A DNA stretch of 64,000 nt from a candidate division WOR-3 bacterium (GCA_039802265.1 JBDRWI010000001.1:1-64000); one strand, 5' to 3'; counted from the first letter of the stretch, positions 10,237 to 19,558 are shown. Made by a program: numbers and translations. The notes: generated from the letters alone by a model not told the origin.

Positions 10237-12159
10237 ATGAAGATATTTATAAAATGCTTCTTCTGTCTGTTTCTCGCCATCCCCCTTGTGGGTTATCAAA
10301 CCGATAGCACCGGGGTGCCGATGCGGGACGGTGTAAGATTAGGGACCGACATCTACCTGCCATTCTGGTTCATTCCCTATATTACCGACGGACCGGTATT
10401 ATTACAGCGCACACCATATGACCGTAGTTGGGATGATATTTATCTCACACTTATCTGTGATATAATGGGTTATGTCCTCGTCGTCCAGAATCTCCGTGGT
10501 TATGGTGACTCAGAAGGCGAACCGATGGTTTTCTGGACCGACGGCTGGGGAGACCTTCAGGATGGCTATGATGCGATAGAATGGTGTGCCGGCCAGTGGT
10601 GGTGCAATGGAAAGGTTGCAATGATTGGCGCCTCGGCGCACGGAATGACTCAATACTATGCAGCCGGGGCGTTGCCACCTCACCTTGTATGTTGTGCCCC
10701 AATGGTTGCCGCACCAAATCTTTATCTTGACTGTGCCTTCACCGGCGGTGAGTTTAGAAAGGCATTGGTGGAAACCTGGCTCCAGGGAGTGGGAACTCCC
10801 TGGCTCATTGACTCGGTGTGTCACTATCCGAATTATTGCAGCCGATGGTCAATCGTAGACCTTTCCCAGAAATACGATGTTGCAAACTACCCGATGTTTC
10901 ATATTGATGGCTGGTATGATATGTATACTGACGGAGTCCTTGACGCATTCAGTGAACTCCAGAAACGATTTCATAATCAAAAATTGTTTATCGGACCCTG
11001 GGGACACGGCGATGCCTGGGGTTCAAGATATCAGGGCGATCTGGTCTACCCACCCAATGCCGAATTGGATGAACTGAGCTTTATCGAAATGTTAATGGAT
11101 TGGTACGATTACTGGCTAAATCAGGGTGGGGGACCAGTTCCTTCTCCAAAGGTAAAATTTTATTTGATGGGCGATTGCGATACACCCGATACCACAAACT
11201 GGAACCACTGGGTGGAGGCGGACACCTGGCCATTGCCCCAAGCTGTTTATAAAAAATATTATCTAAAAGAAAACCATCTCCTTGATACAATTCCGCCCTC
11301 AATCTCGGCAATTGATACATTCATCTATGACCCGGCAAATCCCTGTACCACATATGGTGGTCGGGAATTTATCGGGCTTACCCATGGTTATGGACCGATT
11401 GACCAGCGCCCCATTGAAAATCGTTCAGATGTACTCATCTTCTCTACACCTCCATTATCAATGCCCCTCACCGTGATCGGAAAACTAAAATTCGTTCTGT
11501 ATGCGGCTTCGAATTGCTATGACACTGACTGGACAGTACGAATAACCGATGTATATCCAGATGGTCGGTCAATTCTTGTCACTGATAATATTCTGATGGC
11601 ACGCCACCGCCATGGATTTGACCGCGAGGATTCATTAATACCGGATGTCGTTGATACCTTCAATATTGACCTTTGGAGCACGGCGCTGGTATTTAATGCC
11701 GGCCATCGACTGAGGGTAATTATTTCCTCTTCTAATTACCCAAGATTTGAGAAAAATCCAAATACTGGTGCCCCTTTTCAAAGAAATGACCCCAATTTTA
11801 TACCGGCAATTCAAAAGATTTATCGCACCACAGATTATCCATCCCATCTATTACTTCCCATCATCCCTGAATCCAGTCCCGCAATAAGAGAGATTAGAAC
11901 AGAACAACTCGGGGAAGTCCATTTCTCTTTTCCAACTGTTTCTTCAAAACCGATAATCAACTTCACACTGAATACTCCCAATTATATTCAGGTTTTAATA
12001 TACGATATATGTGGAAGAGTAGTATGGTCAAGCGACAAAAATTCTTACCCACCGGGTCGCTATCAAATAGTTCCTCCTCGCTTAAATAACGGAATATATT
12101 TTCTCAGGATAAAGACCACAAAGGAAAAATATTTAAAGAAAATAATCGTCATTCACTGA
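10237..12159 (+). CDS. secreted CocE/NonD family serine hydrolase with T9SS-like C-terminal domain
   Basis: VPMRDGVRLGTDIY, RTPY, GASAHG, GWYD and IGPWGH motifs; C-terminal IYDICGR...GIYFLRI...KII. Confidence 0.92.
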   Translation: MKIFIKCFFCLFLAIPLVGYQTDSTGVPMRDGVRLGTDIYLPFWFIPYITDGPVLLQRTPYDRSWDDIYLTLICDIMGYVLVVQNLRGYGDSEGEPMVFWTDGWGDLQDGYDAIEWCAGQWWCNGKVAMIGASAHGMTQYYAAGALPPHLVCCAPMVAAPNLYLDCAFTGGEFRKALVETWLQGVGTPWLIDSVCHYPNYCSRWSIVDLSQKYDVANYPMFHIDGWYDMYTDGVLDAFSELQKRFHNQKLFIGPWGHGDAWGSRYQGDLVYPPNAELDELSFIEMLMDWYDYWLNQGGGPVPSPKVKFYLMGDCDTPDTTNWNHWVEADTWPLPQAVYKKYYLKENHLLDTIPPSISAIDTFIYDPANPCTTYGGREFIGLTHGYGPIDQRPIENRSDVLIFSTPPLSMPLTVIGKLKFVLYAASNCYDTDWTVRITDVYPDGRSILVTDNILMARHRHGFDREDSLIPDVVDTFNIDLWSTALVFNAGHRLRVIISSSNYPRFEKNPNTGAPFQRNDPNFIPAIQKIYRTTDYPSHLLLPIIPESSPAIREIRTEQLGEVHFSFPTVSSKPIINFTLNTPNYIQVLIYDICGRVVWSSDKNSYPPGRYQIVPPRLNNGIYFLRIKTTKEKYLKKIIVIH

Positions 12160-12198
12160 AAGGCTTCAGGACTGTTAACCCTTATAGCATCAGGGGCC

Positions 12199-12226
12199 TT
12201 GACGACCAGAAAAAAATCCATATAAT
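12199..12226 (+). promoter_or_regulatory. promoter TTGACG-N16-TATAAT for the cyclase operon
   Basis: ATG 12235 lies 8 nt after the -10. Confidence 0.75.
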
Positions 12227-12234
12227 ATAAGGTT

Positions 12235-15200
12235 ATGAAATGTGTCATCTGTAATTCCGATAAAATCCCGCAAGCTGCCGAATTCTGTCCCAATTGTGGT
12301 ACACAACTTAAAATTGAATCCACCAGAGATAAGGGCACCGAACGGCTAAAAATCCTTGGTGGTGAATCACGCTTCGTAACCCTGTTCTTTGTAGATTTTA
12401 TTATTATGAACCCAGCGGAGGATAAAATAACCAAACAGAATATCATCTATCTGAGCGATTTGATGGAAAAAGTCGCTGCGATTGTCAAAAAATACGATGG
12501 AACGGTAAATCGAATAATGCCCGATTACCGACTTCTCATAATATTCGGAGCACCCAAAGTCCATACCGATGACCCGAATCGTGCCGTCCGGTGTGTATTA
12601 GAGATTAAGAAATATCTTTATGAAAGAAGACGATTAGAAGCGCCAATCACCAGGTTTAATATAAAAATTGGAATCAATTCCGGCTGGATTTTTTTTGGAT
12701 ATGTCCTTGAAAATCCGCCATTTTTGACTGTAATCGGTGATACGGTCAATATTGCAGCCCGTCTTGCTCAGATGAGTATGCCAGATCAAATCTTGATGAG
12801 CGAGAATACATATAATCTGCTGCCTGACTTGATTGTTGCTGAACACATCGGAATGACTTATGTAAGAGGTAGGTCCGGCTCTTTGGATGTCTATAATCTG
12901 ATAGATATAAGATTTGAAACTCTGCAGATGCCCAAATGCCCATTCTGGGGACGGAAGGAGGAAATGGCGCGATTGATTGCGCTTACCCAAAAAATCAAAG
13001 AGAATAGAATCAGCATTGGAATCATTACCGGACAGATGGGCATTGGTAAGACACGGTTGAAAGAGGAATTTGAAAATTTTCTGAGAGCGGATGGTTCGTT
13101 CCGCTTCATTGAAAGCCACTGTACAGTAGAAATGCAGACCCCCTATTATCCATTTAAATTGTTATTTCGTGAGTATTTTAATTTGAAGGAAAGCGATAGC
13201 CGGGCAAATATCGCCGAGAAGATTGACCGCTTTGTCTCGGAAAACAACCTTGATCCACAGGAAATAAAGGGAATAAAACATCTCTTTCTAACCGACCTGC
13301 AGCGGTTGTGGGGTGAAAATTTAATTTCAATCAATGAAGAGATATTTATCGCGGTTGGTAATCTGCTCAGATTTGAATGCAAAAAAAATCCCTTAGTAAT
13401 TATCTTTGAAGAATTCAACCGCGCCGATTCAATGACGAAAAACCTTGTCGCATATTTAGCCGCGGAATTAGTTAATAACTCAATTATGTTTCTGCTGATC
13501 AATTACACCGGTGATTTATTCAAAAAAGACAACAATAATAATTTTGAAGAAATTAATCTCGGACCGCTGAGTAAAGAGACAATAGCCAATCTGGTAAATT
13601 ATTATCTCACCGATGCCGACCCCAATCTGATTGAATTTTTATATAAAACTACTGGCGGCAATCCACTATTCACCATTGAAACCATTAAAAATGTAAAACG
13701 AAGAAATATAATCAAAAAGGAAGCATCTGGAAGATGGTTATTGGACAGAGAGAAACACTTTACCTTTCTTGACGACCTCTACAGTGTGGTAATGTCGGGA
13801 CTTGATGCACTGGCTCCAGAATACCGCTTGATTATTGATTACGCCTCGGTCATCGGTTACAGCTTTAATTATCACATTCTTAAAGAAATATTAGAAGACG
13901 AAGAAAATCTATTAGAAAGATTGAACTATCTAAAAAATGAAGATTACATCATTCAATTCAAAGATGATACAGACCCGATTTATATCTTTAGACACAACTT
14001 ATTAAAAGATGCCGCATATACCACACTGCCACTGAAAAAGAGAAAAGAATTACACCGCCGGGTGGCTGTTCTATTGGAAAAATCTTATTCTGAGCAACTT
14101 TCCGAATATTACGAGACTATTGGATACCATTACCATGAAGCAGAAAATTATAAAAAAGCCGCTGAATACTTTAAAATGGCTGGTGACAAGGCAAAAAATC
14201 TCTATGCGATTGAACAGGCAATAAATTTTTATAACAATGTGCTAAAAATAGGCCGCGAATATAAAGAACAGATATCGCCAAATTTATTAAGACAGACTGA
14301 ATTAAATCTGACCGACATCTATGAAATACTTGGTGATACCCAGAGAATGAAAGAAATTGCTGAAAGTGGACTCAGTGCAGCAGAAATAGAAAAAAACCAG
14401 AAAGAAATTCTTTTATTCAGCGAACGAAAGGCAATTTCACTTCTGATGTCCGGAGATTATAAGAGTGCTGAATCATTACTTCTTGAGTCGGTAGAAAACT
14501 GCCCAGCGGAATACGCCGATGTCCTGACCCAATTATATTCAGACCTCGGATTACTTTATGCCGAAAAATATGAATATGAAAAGAGCATCCTGAATTATAA
14601 CCTGACCTGGAACACCGCCCGGACCTACGGTATTAAAGAAGGGGAAATAAGATGCCTTTTGAATCTCTCCCAGTTACACACAAAGTTAGGTAATTATGAA
14701 CTGGCATATGAATACTTGAATTACGGTCTGGACGAACTCATAACTGAAGAAAATCTACGCCCGAAGGCACAGTATAAATATAATTTGGGAATTCTGGATT
14801 ATCAGGTCTGGAATCTAAACAAGGCGATAGAACAATTAACCGAGGCATTCAACATTGCCGAGCGGAGTAGCCATGAGATACAGATAAAGTCTGCCCTTGA
14901 ACTTGCCCTTATTCATTCCCTGATGCAAAATTATGATGAGGCAGCAAGATTGGTTGAATATGTTGATAAAAAAATTACCCCCACAATCAGAGAGATTTTA
15001 CTTTCCGAGATTAACCTCAAAAAGGCAATTTTTTACGAAAATAAAAAAGAGCGGGAACGGGTTGTCCCCTTTCTAACAAACGCCCTGAAATTAGCCCAGA
15101 AATATAATCAGCAAGAAACCATTGTTCACTGTCTACTACTGAAGGCAGACATAGATGAAATCAAAGCGATTGAAAATTTAAAGTCGGCTCTGGAAATCGC

Positions 15201-15405
15201 TGAAACCCTGAAGTTATCACCCCTGATCGGGCAGGTAATGTATAAACTTGCCTGTATGTATGTGAAAATGAATGAAAATGAGAAGGCACAATATTACGGC
15301 CGCAAGGCACTCCTAATTTATAATGATATTAAAACAAAGTTAAAGGACATAAATCAAAATTATTATATCAACAGACCCGAATATGTAGCATTGCTTGAGA
15401 TATAA
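12235..15405 (+). CDS. zinc-ribbon + class III nucleotide cyclase + STAND-type AAA ATPase + TPR protein
   Basis: CVIC..CPNCG; FGAP, IGINSG and TVIGDTVNIAARL; WGRKEE; Walker A GQMGIGKT; Walker B LVIIFEEF; GGNPLF; FRHNLL; C-terminal TPR-like helices. Confidence 0.9.
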   Translation: MKCVICNSDKIPQAAEFCPNCGTQLKIESTRDKGTERLKILGGESRFVTLFFVDFIIMNPAEDKITKQNIIYLSDLMEKVAAIVKKYDGTVNRIMPDYRLLIIFGAPKVHTDDPNRAVRCVLEIKKYLYERRRLEAPITRFNIKIGINSGWIFFGYVLENPPFLTVIGDTVNIAARLAQMSMPDQILMSENTYNLLPDLIVAEHIGMTYVRGRSGSLDVYNLIDIRFETLQMPKCPFWGRKEEMARLIALTQKIKENRISIGIITGQMGIGKTRLKEEFENFLRADGSFRFIESHCTVEMQTPYYPFKLLFREYFNLKESDSRANIAEKIDRFVSENNLDPQEIKGIKHLFLTDLQRLWGENLISINEEIFIAVGNLLRFECKKNPLVIIFEEFNRADSMTKNLVAYLAAELVNNSIMFLLINYTGDLFKKDNNNNFEEINLGPLSKETIANLVNYYLTDADPNLIEFLYKTTGGNPLFTIETIKNVKRRNIIKKEASGRWLLDREKHFTFLDDLYSVVMSGLDALAPEYRLIIDYASVIGYSFNYHILKEILEDEENLLERLNYLKNEDYIIQFKDDTDPIYIFRHNLLKDAAYTTLPLKKRKELHRRVAVLLEKSYSEQLSEYYETIGYHYHEAENYKKAAEYFKMAGDKAKNLYAIEQAINFYNNVLKIGREYKEQISPNLLRQTELNLTDIYEILGDTQRMKEIAESGLSAAEIEKNQKEILLFSERKAISLLMSGDYKSAESLLLESVENCPAEYADVLTQLYSDLGLLYAEKYEYEKSILNYNLTWNTARTYGIKEGEIRCLLNLSQLHTKLGNYELAYEYLNYGLDELITEENLRPKAQYKYNLGILDYQVWNLNKAIEQLTEAFNIAERSSHEIQIKSALELALIHSLMQNYDEAARLVEYVDKKITPTIREILLSEINLKKAIFYENKKERERVVPFLTNALKLAQKYNQQETIVHCLLLKADIDEIKAIENLKSALEIAETLKLSPLIGQVMYKLACMYVKMNENEKAQYYGRKALLIYNDIKTKLKDINQNYYINRPEYVALLEI

Positions 15406-15410
15406 CGATT

Positions 15411-16049
15411 ATGAAGTGTGTTAATTGTAATCAGCCAATTTCCGAAATATTTAATTACTGCCCCTATTGTGGGGCATTACTTCAAGAACAAAAAGGTCTA
15501 CCTCTGGAAGATATAAATCTGGCATTTATTCGCGCCGACCTCTCAGGCTTTACCGGTCTCAGCGAAAAAATGGAATCTGAGGATGTTATGAATCTGTTGA
15601 ATGGCATATTCGGCGAATTTCAGAAGATAATTAACTCTTACCAGGGCATTATCTACCAGGTTATCGGTGACGAAATCGTTGCCGTCTTCGGTTTAAAAAG
15701 GGGTGTGACTTTTTCCTTCCATATGGCAATTCTTGCTGCTGAGGATATATTCAAAAAATTGAATGAGTTTAATAAAACCGGAAAGTTTGAAAGACCTATC
15801 GGATTAAAGGTCGGGGCAGAAGCAGACACTGCCTCAGTATATAAAACACATGGTGGACTTCAGACAGCGCTAATCATAACCGATGGTTTTAAAAAGAGTC
15901 TGATTTTACAGAAGAATGCCGAAGACAACACCCTTTTAGTTGGTGAGAATCTATATCAGGCGACGAAATCCTTTTTTGAATTCATTCCCTATGGCGAACT
16001 GGTTGAAGATTCTCTGTCCATAAAGGCATATAAGTTTCTCTTAAGATAA
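15411..16049 (+). CDS. zinc-ribbon + class III nucleotide cyclase domain protein (metal-binding half only)
   Basis: CVNC..CPYCG; RADLSGFT and VIGDEIVAVFG; lacks the N-x3-R motif. Confidence 0.85.
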   Translation: MKCVNCNQPISEIFNYCPYCGALLQEQKGLPLEDINLAFIRADLSGFTGLSEKMESEDVMNLLNGIFGEFQKIINSYQGIIYQVIGDEIVAVFGLKRGVTFSFHMAILAAEDIFKKLNEFNKTGKFERPIGLKVGAEADTASVYKTHGGLQTALIITDGFKKSLILQKNAEDNTLLVGENLYQATKSFFEFIPYGELVEDSLSIKAYKFLLR

Positions 16050-16054
16050 ATCCC

Positions 16055-18232
16055 ATGGAAACATCAGCACACCCTGAATTTTATCACGAATTCATAAAGC
16101 AGATCGGACTGGGTATAAATATCTCAAGGATCTATCCGAAGGGGCATCCTTCCCTGGAACCAGTAGTCCAAAGACTCAAGATATTGCTAAAAGAACTACC
16201 CTTAGAAAAGGAATCTATTTCCATTGTTGTAATCGAAGATATTCTGATGATAGAAGACAATAGATTTGAAGCCAAAAAATTGCCAATCGTGAAGAGTCTG
16301 GTTGATCGCTTTACACAACTGGGTATCAAGAGTATTACCTTTGATGTCGATGCCACCGATGAGGATATAAAGGGATTCTTCCTTGCCATGGCATCAACCC
16401 CCGCCGAGATTTCGGATTACGGTGATATTGTCTCATTGTTGAGAACAAAGGGAGTATTGAAGGTTAAACTGAATAAATACCGGGTGGGTGTATTCTCTTC
16501 GGAGGAAGAGGTAAAGGAAATCAACTGGACCAACTTTCTTGAGTCAATTGCCCTTTCTCAAGAAAGCCAGAGTGAAGAAGAACGAATAAAACAGTTGGGC
16601 AGTTTTCTCGCCGGCGTCGGTGTTATCGGAAGTGAACCGGTTGAAACACAGACGAGTAAAGTAATCGGCGGGCTCGAAAAGATTGCCTTGATGATTGCCG
16701 ACCAGTATGGTGAAGAAAGATGGAATGAATATTCAATCATCTTTTCAAGAATCCTGGCAGTGCTTTCGCCCACCATCAAAAAGAATATCTTGAAGTATAA
16801 AACTGAAAACAAAAAACTTGCCACTCTTTTCAAGAGCCTCATACCCACGATGTCGGATGAAGATATTATTGATATAATCGCAACCAAGGCTAAGGAAAAG
16901 AAGGATACAAGCGAGGATGAAATCATTGATATTTTAAAGAATGTTGCTGGTACCAGACTTCCCAGTATCCTCTCAACGGTGAGGGCCAACTTCCCCGAAT
17001 TAAATTTTGAAAAAATTGTTTCACAACTTATGGCCGAACTGAAGACCATCAAAGGGACTGAGGTTGCCGATAAGTTTATGAGTAAGAATCTGGAAGCCGA
17101 AATGAGAAGTTTCTTCCCCCAACTAAGAGAAGCAGCCCCCGAAGAAAGGGTTAAGGCAATTGAAGGACTTTTGGCTTTCAGTAAAAAGTTATTTGATGCC
17201 AAAGATTATGAACTACTCCGCCTCCTCATTGACCGCCTCGATTCAATGTCCGATACAGAGGAAAATATCACCGTCTTTAAAAAAATTATGGAGGCAATTA
17301 AATTATTATATCTCAAATCAGAAGAATTAGGATTTGCTGATATCATTCAGTTTATTTCCAAAAAATTCTCACGGCATTTAATTCGTAAGGAAAAAGTCTT
17401 TCTTGATAAAAAGAATGTTGTTATCAAGATAATCGGCGATATAAGGGACCAGAACTACCTTGCCGAATTAGTATCTTTACTTTGGGACCCGGGAACCTTT
17501 GTTGAAGCACGCGAGGCACTGATTGCAATGTCAGACTTCTCACTGCCCATTTTGATTGACACCTTAAAAGAGACCGAGGATAAGAGTGTAAGATTAAAGA
17601 TAATTGATGTGATACTCCGAATTGGAGAAAAGGCAATACCCCAAACTCTTAAACTTCTCTCCAGCGATGATTGGTTTGTTAAAAGAAATGGTTTATTTAT
17701 CCTCGGTGAACTCAAGGCAAAAGATGCGGTGGATGAGATTGGTAGGTTGTTAGACAGCAAAGAAGAACAGGTACAGATTGAAGTCCTTACCACCCTCAGC
17801 AAGATAGGCACGGAAAAAACCAAGGAATATATAAAAAAGGGACTGGATAGCCAATTTCCTCAGGTTGTAATTGCTGCAATGAAAAATTTAACTAAAGAAG
17901 ATGTAAAACCAAAATTACCCCAAATAATTCAACTATTAAAGCGGCGAAAAGGAACTCCCGATGAAAAAGAAGAAGCACTTAGAATTGGTCTAATTAATTT
18001 ACTCGGAGAATTGGGTGATGATTCGGTCGTTGATAGGCTGATTGAAATATTAGATGAAAAGATATTATTTAAGAACGAATTGCTTTTACCCACCAAGGAG
18101 GCAGTTTTACGTGCCCTTGCCCAGATCAAAACTGATAAGGCATTAAGTGCGTTGAAACAGGCAACAAACCATCGGGATGCCTTTGTCGCTACAACTGCCC
18201 GGGAGATTCTCAAGAGAATCAAACCGGGATAA
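16055..18232 (+). CDS. HEAT-repeat (PBS lyase-like) protein with conserved N-terminal domain
   Basis: N-terminal IYPKGHP...GIKSITF; C-terminal repeats such as DWFVKRNGLFILGEL, VLTTLSKIG and LLGELG. Confidence 0.8.
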   Translation: METSAHPEFYHEFIKQIGLGINISRIYPKGHPSLEPVVQRLKILLKELPLEKESISIVVIEDILMIEDNRFEAKKLPIVKSLVDRFTQLGIKSITFDVDATDEDIKGFFLAMASTPAEISDYGDIVSLLRTKGVLKVKLNKYRVGVFSSEEEVKEINWTNFLESIALSQESQSEEERIKQLGSFLAGVGVIGSEPVETQTSKVIGGLEKIALMIADQYGEERWNEYSIIFSRILAVLSPTIKKNILKYKTENKKLATLFKSLIPTMSDEDIIDIIATKAKEKKDTSEDEIIDILKNVAGTRLPSILSTVRANFPELNFEKIVSQLMAELKTIKGTEVADKFMSKNLEAEMRSFFPQLREAAPEERVKAIEGLLAFSKKLFDAKDYELLRLLIDRLDSMSDTEENITVFKKIMEAIKLLYLKSEELGFADIIQFISKKFSRHLIRKEKVFLDKKNVVIKIIGDIRDQNYLAELVSLLWDPGTFVEAREALIAMSDFSLPILIDTLKETEDKSVRLKIIDVILRIGEKAIPQTLKLLSSDDWFVKRNGLFILGELKAKDAVDEIGRLLDSKEEQVQIEVLTTLSKIGTEKTKEYIKKGLDSQFPQVVIAAMKNLTKEDVKPKLPQIIQLLKRRKGTPDEKEEALRIGLINLLGELGDDSVVDRLIEILDEKILFKNELLLPTKEAVLRALAQIKTDKALSALKQATNHRDAFVATTAREILKRIKPG

Positions 18233-18294
18233 GACATATAGTTTTTCCAAAAAAATTTGCCTTCACACCATGAAGTATTTCTCTCTCCCCTTTT

Positions 18295-18330
18295 AAAAAA
18301 CCCGGCCGCGGCCCGAAGGCCACGACCGGG
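18295..18330 (-). terminator. Rho-independent terminator (13-bp stem, C-UUCG-G loop, U6)
   Basis: Minus strand reads CCCGGTCGTGGCC-TTCG-GGCCGCGGCCGGG-TTTTTT; two G.U pairs form only in this orientation. Confidence 0.88.
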
Positions 18331-18372
18331 AGGGGAAAGATGTCTAATAATTAGACAACAGATAAGTTAATA
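18295..18372 (-). ncRNA. candidate ~77-nt small RNA
   Basis: Bounded by a perfect TTGACA-N16-TATAAT promoter (18405-18378) and a strong terminator; no AUG inside. Confidence 0.6.
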
Positions 18373-18377
18373 AGTTT

Positions 18378-18448
18378 ATTATAATTAAAAATTGAATAAT
18401 GTCAACGTTATTAAAATAGTTGACATTTAACTTATTTTGATTTATAAT
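18378..18448. promoter_or_regulatory. back-to-back divergent consensus promoters
   Basis: Minus: TTGACA 18405-18400 and TATAAT 18383-18378. Plus: TTGACA 18420-18425 and TATAAT 18443-18448. Confidence 0.8.
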
Positions 18449-18466
18449 TTCACAAGGAGCCTGAAT

Positions 18467-18619
18467 ATGAAGATTATTCTGATAATTATAATCCTGGCGG
18501 TACTTGCTTGGATTATTACCTTAGTAATCCAGTCGGCAGAAAAAAAGAGAAGGGAAGAGTATATAAAACAGAAAATGGAAGAAAAGAAAAAGGAAGAAGA
18601 AAGGAGTTTTAGACCTTAA
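18467..18619 (+). CDS. small (50 aa) single-TM protein with highly charged tail
   Basis: Own promoter and AAGGAG SD; MKIILIIIILAVLAWIITLVIQ followed by a K/E/R-rich tail. Confidence 0.7.
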   Translation: MKIILIIIILAVLAWIITLVIQSAEKKRREEYIKQKMEEKKKEEERSFRP

Positions 18620-19472
18620 GATAGGCAATCAATTTATTCATATCATCAGGAATGGGTACGGAAAACTCTATCCATTTTTTAGTTTCTGGATGCAGCAAAC
18701 CTATTTCTGATGAATGAAGCATCTGTCTGGGAAAGAAGATTTGTCTTTCCAAACTTTTCCAGTATTTCTTATCTCCAACAATCGGATATCCGAGTTGAGC
18801 CATTTGAATTCTTATTTGATGGGTTCTTCCAGTTATTGGGAAAAATTCTAACAGAGTAGCATCTTTGAATTTTTCAACTACCCGATACCTTGTCGCAGCA
18901 TACTCTTTCTTTCCTAACTTTCCTCTTAAAATTTCTGATTTTTTTTCAATCACACCATTAACAATACCTATGTATTTCTTTTTTATAACTTGCCTTTTAA
19001 ATTGCTCAATTAGATATTTTTTACTAATTCCATCTTTTGCAAAGATAACCACCCCGCTTGTCTCACGGTCAAGACGGTGCACTGGATAGACAATTTTTCC
19101 ATTTTCTGATAATCTTTCTTCAATGGACCTTCCCGATTCAGAAGATTCTTTATTCGTAAGGATAAATGGGGGTTTATTAACTACAATGAGATTACGGTCT
19201 TCATAAACTATTTCAATATAGCTAAGTTGCTTTAAATATTCAGTTCGGTCAATTAAAATGATAGAATCTCGGGTGCGAACCCTCTTGGAAGGAAATGTTA
19301 TCTGACTTCCGTTAAGCAGAACAAATCCCCATTCTATAAGACTTCGCGCCTCCTTCCTTGATATCTCAGCAATTACCCCCAGGACATAATCAATTCGCCT
19401 TGAATTTAGTTTATCAGGGACATCGTATTTTTTATAAGAAAATAAAGAGTTAATAAAATGCCCGAAATTCAC
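18609..19472 (-). CDS. RluA/RluD family pseudouridine synthase with S4 domain
   Basis: VVNKP, VHRLDRETSG and TGRTHQIR motifs; promoter TTGACT-N16-TAAAAT at 19506-19479. Confidence 0.93.
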   Translation of the reverse strand: MNFGHFINSLFSYKKYDVPDKLNSRRIDYVLGVIAEISRKEARSLIEWGFVLLNGSQITFPSKRVRTRDSIILIDRTEYLKQLSYIEIVYEDRNLIVVNKPPFILTNKESSESGRSIEERLSENGKIVYPVHRLDRETSGVVIFAKDGISKKYLIEQFKRQVIKKKYIGIVNGVIEKKSEILRGKLGKKEYAATRYRVVEKFKDATLLEFFPITGRTHQIRIQMAQLGYPIVGDKKYWKSLERQIFFPRQMLHSSEIGLLHPETKKWIEFSVPIPDDMNKLIAYLKV

Positions 19473-19558
19473 TTCTTTATTTTATGTAAATCGACTGATT
19501 AGTCAATACCGATTTATTGGAATATTGATTTTTTAAGCATTTTTTTATAATATTATAG

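Noticed and set aside
16558..17202. Long antisense ORFs (also 24454-25092, 22362-22916 and many shorter ones)
   Set aside because: They lie opposite well-supported genes and have no motifs or expression signals.
12235..18232. Canonical Pycsar, CBASS or Avs call
   Set aside because: No cNMP-binding TM/TIR effector, CD-NTase, or nuclease/protease effector domain is visible; reported instead as a distinct candidate system.
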